A stretch of DNA of 64,000 nucleotides, from assembly GCA_902797695.1 (NCBI GenBank), contig CADBTW010000095.1, positions 66 to 64,065 on the forward strand, written 5' to 3'. This document shows positions 10,808 to 19,460 of the stretch, piece by piece. The notes under the pieces are model-generated. The model was not told where the DNA came from, ran no database searches, and was given only the letters and a program-made list of their open reading frames with translations. The stretch comes from an uncultured Sutterellaceae bacterium (GTDB lineage Bacteria > Pseudomonadota > Gammaproteobacteria > Burkholderiales > Burkholderiaceae_F). Numbering within the stretch: the stretch's first letter is position 1; every line of letters begins with the position of its first letter. The translations under genes were made by a program, and so were the position numbers.

Positions 10808-12673
10808 ATGACACGTGCCATTCGCAATATTGCGATCATTGCCCACGTCGACCACGGCAAGACGACGATGGTTGACGCTCTCCTGAAGTGCGCGGGCACC
10901 TTCCGCGCGAACCAGGAGGTCGAAACGCGCGTTATGGACAGCAACGCGATCGAAAAGGAACGCGGGATCACGATTCTCGCCAAGAACTGCGCCGTCGAGT
11001 GGAAGGGCGTCCACATCAACATCATCGACACTCCCGGGCACGCTGACTTCGGCGGCGAAGTGGAGCGCGTGCTCTCCATGGTCGACGGCGTGCTGCTGCT
11101 CGTCGACGCGGTCGACGGCCCGATGCCCCAGACCCGCTTCGTGACCCGCAAGGCACTCGCCCAGGGGTTGAAGCCGATCGTGGTCGTGAACAAGGTCGAC
11201 CGTCCGGGCGCCCGTCCTGACTGGGTCGTGAACCAGACCTTCGACCTGTTCGACAAGCTCGGCGCGACCGACGACCAGCTCGATTTCCCCGTGATCTACG
11301 CTTCCGCGCTGAACGGCTACGCCGGCTTCACCGAGGACGTCGAGGAGCTGAAGAAGATCGGAAACATGAACGCGATCCTCGACACGGTGCTCGAGAAGGT
11401 GCCGGTCCGCGACGACGATCCCGACGGCAACCTGATGCTCCAGATCTGCTCGCTCGACTACTCGAGCTATGTCGGCAAGATCGGCATCGGCCGCGTCCAC
11501 CGCGGCACGCTGAAGCCGGGCCAGGCGGTCTGCTTCATGGACGGTCCCGAGGACACGCCGAAGCACGGCAAGATCAACCAGATCCTCCAGTTCGAAGGCC
11601 TCCAGAGGAAGGAGACCCCGAGCGCCCAGGCCGGGGACATCGTTCTCGTCACCGGCATCGAGGACCTCAACATCGGCACCACGATCACGAGCGTCGAGCA
11701 GCCGGAAGCGCTTCCGATGCTCCACGTCGACGAGCCGACGCTGCGCATGGAGTTCATGGTGAACACCTCGCCCCTTGCCGGCAAGGAAGGCAAGTTTGTC
11801 ACGAGCCGCCAGATCCGCGAGCGCCTCGCCCGCGAGCTGAAGTCGAACGTCGCGATGCGGGTCGAGAACACGAAGGACGAGAAGGTGTTCCTCGTGTCCG
11901 GCCGCGGCGAGCTGCATCTTACGGTGCTCCTCGAGAACATGCGCCGTGAGGGCTTTGAAGTGGCCGTGTCCCGTCCGCGCGTCATCCTGAAGGAAGAGAA
12001 CGGCGTGAAGCTCGAGCCGTACGAAGCCCTGACGGTCGACGTCGAGGAAGAGAACCAGGGTGCCGTGATGGAAGAGCTCGGCCGCCGCAAGGGCGAGCTC
12101 ACTGACATGGAGCCTGACGGCAAGGGCCGCGTCCGCCTTGAGTACCGGATCCCGGCCCGCGGCCTGATCGGCTTCCAGAGCATGTTCCTCACGATGTGCC
12201 GCGGCACGGGCATCATGAGCCACGTGTTCGACGACTACGGCCCGATCAAGCAGGGCAGCGTCGGCGAGCGCCGCTCTGGCGCCATCATTTCCGGCGAAGA
12301 CGGCGGTGCCGTAGCCTACGCGCTCTGGTACATTCAGGACCGCGGCCGGCTCTTCGTGAATCCGGGCGATCCGGTTTACGAGGGGATGATCATCGGCGAG
12401 CACTCCCGCGAGAACGACATCGTCGTGAACCCGATCCGCACGAAGCACCTCACGAACGTCCGCGCCTCCGGCTCCGACGAGGCGATCCGCCTCGTGCCCC
12501 CGACGCAGCTCACGCTGGAAAGCGCCGTCGAGTTCATCAACGACGACGAACTGGTCGAGATCACCCCGAAGTCGATCCGCCTTCGCAAGCGCTATCTGAA
12601 GGACTTCGAGCGCAAGCGCGCCGCCCGCGCCGCCCAGGCCGAGTTCGGCGATCCGGACGTGTCCGAGGAGTAG
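10808..12673 (+). CDS. typA: translational GTPase TypA/BipA
   Basis: GTPase motifs [17 protein letters not shown] and NKVD, with a BipA-type C-terminal domain (621 aa). Confidence 0.97.
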   Translation: MTRAIRNIAIIAHVDHGKTTMVDALLKCAGTFRANQEVETRVMDSNAIEKERGITILAKNCAVEWKGVHINIIDTPGHADFGGEVERVLSMVDGVLLLVDAVDGPMPQTRFVTRKALAQGLKPIVVVNKVDRPGARPDWVVNQTFDLFDKLGATDDQLDFPVIYASALNGYAGFTEDVEELKKIGNMNAILDTVLEKVPVRDDDPDGNLMLQICSLDYSSYVGKIGIGRVHRGTLKPGQAVCFMDGPEDTPKHGKINQILQFEGLQRKETPSAQAGDIVLVTGIEDLNIGTTITSVEQPEALPMLHVDEPTLRMEFMVNTSPLAGKEGKFVTSRQIRERLARELKSNVAMRVENTKDEKVFLVSGRGELHLTVLLENMRREGFEVAVSRPRVILKEENGVKLEPYEALTVDVEEENQGAVMEELGRRKGELTDMEPDGKGRVRLEYRIPARGLIGFQSMFLTMCRGTGIMSHVFDDYGPIKQGSVGERRSGAIISGEDGGAVAYALWYIQDRGRLFVNPGDPVYEGMIIGEHSRENDIVVNPIRTKHLTNVRASGSDEAIRLVPPTQLTLESAVEFINDDELVEITPKSIRLRKRYLKDFERKRAARAAQAEFGDPDVSEE

Positions 12674-12743
12674 CGCTAGGAATCCCGGGAGGGAGAAGCG
12701 GAGGGCCCCTGCCTTCCGCCCGGCCTCTCTCCCGGAAAAGGAT

Positions 12744-12781
12744 GCCGGCAGGAGGGGAATTCCCGTTCTGCCGGCTTTTTT
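12744..12781 (+). terminator. intrinsic terminator after typA
   Basis: Stem GCCGGCAG/CTGCCGGC with an inner GGGAATTCCC, followed by TTTTTT. Confidence 0.75.
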
Positions 12782-12809
12782 CACGCCCCGCCCGGGGCCA
12801 AACGCGTAA

Positions 12810-13814
12810 ATGCAGATGGAAAACAGAGAACCCCTCCTTGATCGCGGCTGGCGCTTCTGCGTCGCCCCGATGGTCGACTGGACTGACGAATGGTGCCGGC
12901 ACCTTCACCGGCTCCTCACGAAGCGCGCGAGGCTCTATACCGAGATGATCGCGACCCCCGCGCTCGTCCACGGCGACCGGCAGAGGATCCTCGGCTTCGA
13001 GCGGGGATCGGGCCCCGTGGCGCTGCAGCTCGGGGGATCGGATCCGGCGGAGCTCGCCAGATGCGCGAAATGGGGCGAGGAAGCGGGGTTCGACGAAGTG
13101 AACCTCAACTGCGGCTGTCCGTCTCCCCGCGTTCAGTCCGGCGCGTTCGGCGTTGTCCTCATGCTGAGGCCCGCCCTCGTGGCGGACTGCGTGAAGGCGA
13201 TGCAGGACGCGGTCTCCGTCCCCGTCACGGTGAAGCACCGGATCGGGGTCGACCGCGAGACTTCCTACGGCTTCGTGAGGGATTTCGTCGGCACCGTGCA
13301 CGACGCCGGCGTCCGGGTCTTCATCGTGCATGCCCGAGCGGCATGGCTTGCCGGGCTCTCGCCGAAGGAGAACCGCGACGTTCCGCCGCTTGACCGCAGC
13401 GTGGCGCTCAGGCTGAAGCGGGACTTTCCGGACAGCCTTTTCATCGTGAACGGAGGCATCCGCTCAATGGAGGAATGCGAGGAGGAGCTCGGGCGGTTCG
13501 ACGGCGTCATGGTAGGGCGCGAGGCCTACAACAACCCGTGGATGCTGACGGAGGTCGATGAGAAGCTCTATGGGGATCCTCCCTTCGGCAGGACGCGCGG
13601 GGACGTCGTTCGGGAGATGGCGGACTATCTCGCCACGGTACGCGTTCGGGCGCCCCTTGCCGTGCGGACCGCCGCGAACCACATGCTGGGAATCGCCCAG
13701 GGGCTTCCCGGGGCGCGTGGCTGGCGAAGGGAGCTCACTTCGCACGAATCCTGGGAAAAGCTTCCGGCCGAGGAGATCGTCCGCCGCGCGTGGAGAAACG
13801 TGCGGGAGAGCTGA
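12810..13814 (+). CDS. dusA: tRNA dihydrouridine synthase DusA
   Basis: Dus-family motifs (CVAPMVDWTD, EVNLNCGCPS, TVKHRIG); 334 aa. Confidence 0.92.
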   Translation: MQMENREPLLDRGWRFCVAPMVDWTDEWCRHLHRLLTKRARLYTEMIATPALVHGDRQRILGFERGSGPVALQLGGSDPAELARCAKWGEEAGFDEVNLNCGCPSPRVQSGAFGVVLMLRPALVADCVKAMQDAVSVPVTVKHRIGVDRETSYGFVRDFVGTVHDAGVRVFIVHARAAWLAGLSPKENRDVPPLDRSVALRLKRDFPDSLFIVNGGIRSMEECEEELGRFDGVMVGREAYNNPWMLTEVDEKLYGDPPFGRTRGDVVREMADYLATVRVRAPLAVRTAANHMLGIAQGLPGARGWRRELTSHESWEKLPAEEIVRRAWRNVRES

Positions 13815-13824
13815 AGGGGGCATG

Positions 13825-13860
13825 AAAAAAGGAGGAAGCCCCGTTACTGGCGCTTCCTCC
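13825..13860 (-). terminator. probable terminator of the lipoprotein gene
   Basis: Stem GGAGGAAGC/GCTTCCTCC. On the minus strand it is followed by TTTTTT. Confidence 0.5.
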
Positions 13861-13871
13861 CTGTCCGGTCG

Positions 13872-13896
13872 AAGGGAGCCGCATGTCTCCCTTTTT
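13872..13896 (+). terminator. possible terminator of dusA
   Basis: Short stem AAGGGAG/CTCCCTT followed by a T-run; weak. Confidence 0.4.
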
Positions 13897-13922
13897 CCTT
13901 TCCTGGCTTTTCCTCTGTGGTG

Positions 13923-15251
13923 CTACTTGGCGGCGGTCTCCGAGAGCGCCTGGCGCACGGCCTTTGCGGCCGTGGCGTTGAAGCGGTACTGGAAGTCCGT
14001 GATCGGCAGGTTCGCCTTCAGGTAGTAGCCGGGGACGACGCTCGTCGTCTTGCCGCGCTTCATTTCGACAAGCGCGATGGAGAGGGCGTTCCGCGAGAGT
14101 TCGAAGATGCCGGTGTCAGGCGCCTTGACATCGACCGGGAACTCGACCGCGAGGCCCTTCGTGCCGTCCACCGTGCGGATGGTGTAGTTGCCGTTCGCGA
14201 CCGGGGTCTTAGACGTGCTCTGGCAGAAGACGGTGCCGGTCTTCACGGGGAGGAGGCTCACCTTGCCGGTGTTCCCGGGGGCGGCGCTCGAGGCCGTGGT
14301 CGTCACCGGGACCTTGACCTTATAGGTCTGCTTCACCTTCTTGCCCTTCTTGTTCTTCACGTACCGCGTCTTCGTCACGTACTTGTACGTGGTCTTCGCA
14401 TTCGCTGCAGCGCCGGACTGGGCGCCATCGAACGTGATTCCGTAGGCCTTGAAGCCCTCGCGCGGGAGGTAGCTGAGGCAATAGGGAATGCTGCCGCTGA
14501 AGTTCCTCGCGAAGCCTTCCACGGAGCCCGCGCCCGTGAAGGCGTTCGGCTTCAGCACGACGTACTCGTCCTGCACGGCGGAGATCTGGGGCATGTAGGC
14601 GACGGATCCCTTCGGGAAGACCGCGTTCGTGGTTCCGGCGGTCTGGGTCGGATAGTTGTTCCGGGTGCGGAGGTAGTGGAAGACGTGCTGCCCCGAGACG
14701 TCGAAGGCATAGAGCTTAACGCGGAGGGTGACCGGGGTCGCGGAAGAGTCGGAGTAGAGCTTCACGGAGCCGTCAGCCTCGGTGGTAAGGGTGCGCGGGA
14801 AGTCGGCCGATACGGAAACGCCGTTCCTCACGATCGACTCGACGTTCGTGCCCCAGGCGAAGCCATGTGCCTTTTGCCCTTCAGGGTACGTTTCCTTCAC
14901 CGTGTAGGAGTTGTCGCCGGTCTTTTCGCCGATCCGGAAATTCGATTCCTCGCGGTCGTTGAAGTAGTAGACCCCCTCGCCCTTGAACGCGTCGAGCGTC
15001 GTCATGCTGATCGGCTTCGCCCCCTTCACCACGGGGACCTTCGAAAGCATGAAGCCATATGTGCCGTCGCCGAAGCGGTCGGCGGACGGAGCCTCGGCCT
15101 TGACGGATTCCGCGGAGGCCTGGGAAGCTGCGGCAGAGGCGTCGCTCGCCTTGGAGGGGCTGGTTTCACAGCCGGCGAGGGCGGCCGCGAGGAGAACGGC
15201 AACGGCGGCGGATGCCGTGCGCCGGAAAGAGGGGAAACGGGAAGTAGTCAT
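13923..15251 (-). CDS. hypothetical lipoprotein (no family recognised)
   Basis: Signal peptide plus lipobox MTTSRFPSFRRTASAAVAVLLAAALAGC, and a normal globular composition afterwards. The opposite-strand ORF 13917..15257 is Arg/Leu/Gly-rich junk. ATG 15266 is an alternative start. Confidence 0.75.
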   Translation of the reverse strand: MTTSRFPSFRRTASAAVAVLLAAALAGCETSPSKASDASAAASQASAESVKAEAPSADRFGDGTYGFMLSKVPVVKGAKPISMTTLDAFKGEGVYYFNDREESNFRIGEKTGDNSYTVKETYPEGQKAHGFAWGTNVESIVRNGVSVSADFPRTLTTEADGSVKLYSDSSATPVTLRVKLYAFDVSGQHVFHYLRTRNNYPTQTAGTTNAVFPKGSVAYMPQISAVQDEYVVLKPNAFTGAGSVEGFARNFSGSIPYCLSYLPREGFKAYGITFDGAQSGAAANAKTTYKYVTKTRYVKNKKGKKVKQTYKVKVPVTTTASSAAPGNTGKVSLLPVKTGTVFCQSTSKTPVANGNYTIRTVDGTKGLAVEFPVDVKAPDTGIFELSRNALSIALVEMKRGKTTSVVPGYYLKANLPITDFQYRFNATAAKAVRQALSETAAK

Positions 15252-15368
15252 TTTTGAACTGGACATCCAAGTCGTGCGCGGGCGGCAACGAATACACCTT
15301 TTGCCGACCACGGGAAAAGTGCCTGCAATGATAATCTCTTTCCGGGAAGCGGCCTGAGGGTTCGGAGC

Positions 15369-15415
15369 AAAAAAAATGCGCAACCCGTGCCGGAAGCGAG
15401 CCGGCGGGCAGCGCA
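15369..15415 (-). terminator. intrinsic terminator after adk
   Basis: Interrupted GC-rich hairpin (TGCGC..CCCG..CCGG / CCGG..CGGG..GCGCA), followed on the minus strand by 8 U. Confidence 0.65.
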
Positions 15416-15476
15416 TGCTTTTGGTGCCGTGGAGGCCGCCCTCTCCGGGAAGGAGAGAGGCGGACCAGTCGGCTCC

Positions 15477-16268
<792 letters not shown>

Positions 16269-17057
16269 CTAGAGGGGAAGGCCTCCCGCCCGGTACGCGG
16301 CACGGACGCGCTCAAGGTCGGCCGCCGTGTCGACGCCGGCGGGAAGGGCCTCGTTCAGGACGAGGACCGCGATCTGCTCCCCGTTCCAGAGCGCGCGAAG
16401 CTGCTCGAGGCTTTCCGTCTTTTCAATCGGAGCGGGCGGGAGATCGGGGAACACGCGCAGGAACCGGGCGCGATAGGCGTAGAGCCCGATGTGGTGCAGG
16501 GCCGAGAAATGCTCCGGTAGCTTCCTCGGGTCCTTCAGGAAGGCGTCGCGGGGCCAGGGAACCGGGGCACGGGTGAAGGTCATTGCCTCGCCGAGTGCGT
16601 TCAGTTCCACCTTCACGACGTTCGGATTGAGGAAGTCGTCGATTCCGGCGATCGGATGGGCGGCTGTCGCGATCGCGCACCCGGGCTTCTGCGCGAGGAG
16701 GCTCGCCACCCGGTCCACGACGCTCGGAGGAATGAGGGGCTCGTCGCCCTGGATGTTGACGACCACCTCGTCGCCCTCAAGGGAAAGCCGCTTCACGACT
16801 TCAGAAAGGCGGTCGGTTCCGGTCGGATGGGATTCGCTGGTCAGCATCGCCTCGACCCCGGAAGCCTCGCAGGCCTCGACGATGGCGGGGTGGTCGGTGG
16901 CGACGATGATCCGGGAAGCCTCGGTGAGGCGGGCGCGTTCCGCCACGCGCACGATCATCGGCTTTCCCTCGATGTCGGCGAGGGGCTTGCCGGGAAGGCG
17001 CGTGGAATGCATCCGGGCCGGGATAACAATGGTGTATGTCATTTTTTTCTTTTTCAT
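16269..17057 (-). CDS. kdsB: 3-deoxy-manno-octulosonate cytidylyltransferase
   Basis: Motifs IVIPARMHSTRLPGKPL and VNIQGDEPLI. ATG 17042 (MTYTIVIPAR) is an alternative start. Confidence 0.95.
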   Translation of the reverse strand: MKKKKMTYTIVIPARMHSTRLPGKPLADIEGKPMIVRVAERARLTEASRIIVATDHPAIVEACEASGVEAMLTSESHPTGTDRLSEVVKRLSLEGDEVVVNIQGDEPLIPPSVVDRVASLLAQKPGCAIATAAHPIAGIDDFLNPNVVKVELNALGEAMTFTRAPVPWPRDAFLKDPRKLPEHFSALHHIGLYAYRARFLRVFPDLPPAPIEKTESLEQLRALWNGEQIAVLVLNEALPAGVDTAADLERVRAAYRAGGLPL

Positions 17058-17078
17058 GCAAGGAATCTGGTTGCGCGA

Positions 17079-17306
17079 TCAGCCGCGGGCGGCGGAAGAC
17101 TCGGCAGCCTTCTGCTTCAGCCTGAGGCTTTCCAGCTCTTCCTCCGTCATCTTCCGGGCGTCGTGGACGATCATGTCCGGAATGCCCTTCGTTACGGAGA
17201 AGGCAAGCCCGCAGGACGGGCAGAGGAGTTCGGAAGCTTCCGCTCCCCAGGACAGACTGCCCTTGCACACCGGGCAGACCAGGTTCTTCGTCAGGTTGGA
17301 ATCCAT
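17079..17306 (-). CDS. Trm112/YcaR (UPF0434) family zinc-ribbon protein
   Basis: MDSNLTKNLVCPVCKGSLSW...LLCPSCGLAFSVTKGIPDMI. TGATG stop/start overlap with lpxK, in the conserved lpxK-ycaR-kdsB position. Confidence 0.85.
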   Translation of the reverse strand: MDSNLTKNLVCPVCKGSLSWGAEASELLCPSCGLAFSVTKGIPDMIVHDARKMTEEELESLRLKQKAAESSAARG

Positions 17307-18415
17307 CAGGGCTTTCCTTTTTCCATTCTGCTCTTCACGCGGCGGGCCTTCTGGTCCACGAGCTCCAGCAGATAGTCCTCGATCACGATGTCGTAGCCGG
17401 CCACCCATATTCTCGGGTCTGAGGCGATTTCCCGTATCTGGCGGCACTTCACTGCATCCTTTTCCGTAATGAGGATGCAGTCGGCGTCCAGGTCCTTGAA
17501 CGGGTTCGATTCGAAGCTGAAGTGATCGCCAAGCTCGAGGGTCTTTTCGCAGATGAATCCCCGCGCGCGCAGCATTGCGAAGAACCGGGTCGGAACTGCT
17601 ATGCCGGCCGCCGCAGCGAAAGTCTTTCCCTCAAGCTGGCCGCGGAGCGCTTCCAGTGTGAGCTCCTTGCCGGTCGAGAGCTGCGTGCAGCGCCCGAGAG
17701 TCGAGCTCGCGGCGAAGCGCGGAGTCCGTGTCTCGAGAATCGCGCTGGTCGCGTTCAGGACGATGGCGTCCACCGAGTCGAGCCTCGAAGGCGGTTCCCG
17801 GAGCGGGCCGGCGGGGAGCACCCAGCCGTTCCCGATCCCGTGCGCTCCGATCACGCAAAGCTCCACGTCCCTGCGGAGAGCGTAGTGCTGGAGCCCGTCG
17901 TCTGAAATGATGATGTCGATTTCAGGAGAAGACTTTAGGAGCAGCCGTCCCGCTTCGACACGGTCGCGGCCGACCGCGACCGGGAGCCCTGTCTTGCGGG
18001 CGATGAGGAGCGGTTCGTCGCCGCTCGATGAGGAGTCGGTGTTCGGGCCGACAAGCTTCACGCCGTCCGCCTTCCGCCCGTAGCCCCGGGAAATGACCCC
18101 GGGGTGCCAGCCCATTTTCCTCAGGCCCCGGGCGAGCGCAATCGTGACGGGAGTCTTTCCCGTTCCTCCGACATAGATGTTCCCTACGACGACAACCGGA
18201 ACGGGAAGCCGTTCAGGCTGTGCGTGCATCGCGCGATACCGCGACACGCAGAGGAACACGAATGAGAAGGGGGAGAGGAGCAGCGCGAAGAGTCCCTTTT
18301 TCGCCCACTGCCTGTGAAGCAGCATCTCAAGGCCTGCGCGAAACGTCGCGGGACGGTGCTGCGGTTGGGCCGGAGGAGTCCGGTCGGAGGTTGATCGAGG
18401 TCGGTCTGATTCCAT
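17306..18415 (-). CDS. lpxK: tetraacyldisaccharide 4'-kinase
   Basis: P-loop PVPVVVVGNIYVGGTGKTPV and VISRGYGRK. The start is uncertain: ATG 18415 was chosen, with 18325 and 18445 as alternatives. Confidence 0.9.
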   Translation of the reverse strand: MESDRPRSTSDRTPPAQPQHRPATFRAGLEMLLHRQWAKKGLFALLLSPFSFVFLCVSRYRAMHAQPERLPVPVVVVGNIYVGGTGKTPVTIALARGLRKMGWHPGVISRGYGRKADGVKLVGPNTDSSSSGDEPLLIARKTGLPVAVGRDRVEAGRLLLKSSPEIDIIISDDGLQHYALRRDVELCVIGAHGIGNGWVLPAGPLREPPSRLDSVDAIVLNATSAILETRTPRFAASSTLGRCTQLSTGKELTLEALRGQLEGKTFAAAAGIAVPTRFFAMLRARGFICEKTLELGDHFSFESNPFKDLDADCILITEKDAVKCRQIREIASDPRIWVAGYDIVIEDYLLELVDQKARRVKSRMEKGKP

Positions 18416-18592
18416 GTGAATGGGAAAATGCCCGGTGCCGGGCATGATGCCACTTGAAGTAGAGAGCCCTAATGATAATGGCAATGGAATCGCGCTGCTC
18501 ACCGGGAGCGGACTGCCTGCTGGGACAAGCCTCCTGTGGAAAAACGGTTTGCATTTGAAGCAATCGATTGATTTTGAATTATTTCTTGGATT

Positions 18593-18601
18593 TGTGGATA
18601 A
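18593..18601 (+). promoter_or_regulatory. perfect DnaA box TGTGGATAA
   Basis: Exact reverse complement of TTATCCACA. The position was verified against the reading frame of ORF 18420..18737. Confidence 0.5.
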
Positions 18602-19186
18602 TTTTTCGCCAGAAGAAAAGCCTTTCGATTTCATCAAGTTGCCGCTGATAACCGTCTTATGGGATGGGCATTCGGGATGGTGGGCCCGGGGCGGGGTTCC
18701 GGCCTGCGTCCCCGTTCTTTTCTGGCCAAGACTTTAGAACTGACCCAACATGATGATTTCCCGAATATTTCCGCAAATTTCCCTGAAGATCGGCGCGAAA
18801 GAGGCCTGTGGACAAAAAATTCCGCAATTTGTCAGATAATTAGCCGCTTTATCACGGAACAGGTGAATAGGGATGTTCACACACGCTGAGCAACTCGGTT
18901 ATTTTCTTGAAACACAAGGGAAAACTCACGTTGCCTAATTTTTAGGCAACAGAGTAATTTCCTTTTCATTCATTATGTTGCATCACTCGCGGAAACCGAT
19001 GCCCTGTTGATTTGCAGCCCGTTTTACGGCATCCGGGATATTCACAGAACCGAAGGGGAATCCCCTTTCGAATATAACTGCGGTGAATCGCCGTGTTTTT
19101 CCTTTTTGCTTATGGCATTACAGGGACAAAAAAGGAATGACGATCAACTGATGATCCTCGGCAGAGGAAGATCTGGGGAAAAATCC

Positions 19187-19217
19187 TGTGGATAACTGTG
19201 TGAACAAATGTGGAGAA
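19187..19217 (+). promoter_or_regulatory. triple DnaA-box cluster
   Basis: TGTGGATAA (19187-19195, perfect), TGTGAACAA (19199-19207) and TGTGGAGAA (19209-19217), head-to-tail within 31 bp. Confidence 0.5.
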
Positions 19218-19460
19218 AAGGGATAAGTCGCTGAAGAATAGAAACTTTTTGCCAGCGGCTTTTTTCCAGAGTTTTAAAATAAAAACAAATAAAATCAAAG
19301 AATTGCAAATAATTTATTGAACTTACGGAAGGTTTCTCCCTCGGAATTCCGGGTCTTTGCCTCTCCTGCGGCACTCCGGGGCTGCCGGTGGAAAAGTTTT
19401 CGCTTCAGGGCTTTCTTCCAAACGGTGCAGAATAGCAAAGTGGGCTCGAAAGGAGATCTC

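Larger units (their letters stand above)
18535..19320. other. candidate DnaA-box array with AT-rich element (oriC-like or datA/DARS-like)
   Basis: Six same-orientation boxes fit TGTG[G/A]ANAA, two of them a perfect TGTGGATAA. They sit in a gene-free gap and are followed by a 50-nt tract with only 7 G/C. See findings. Confidence 0.4.

Noticed and set aside
10742-12784. 680-aa ORF antisense to typA
   Set aside because: Same artefact. TypA/BipA motifs are on the + strand.
13917-15257. 446-aa + strand ORF overlapping the lipoprotein gene
   Set aside because: It has a junk-like Arg/Gly/Leu/Asp composition. The - strand product has a signal peptide, a lipobox and normal protein composition.
18659-19374. 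Short ORFs in the lpxK-xseA gap (18659..18889, 19007..19195, 19110..19298, 19144..19374)
   Set aside because: They mutually overlap, lack SD sequences, have odd composition and are AT-rich. One of them ends exactly in a DnaA box. The region is better explained as non-coding regulatory or origin-like DNA.
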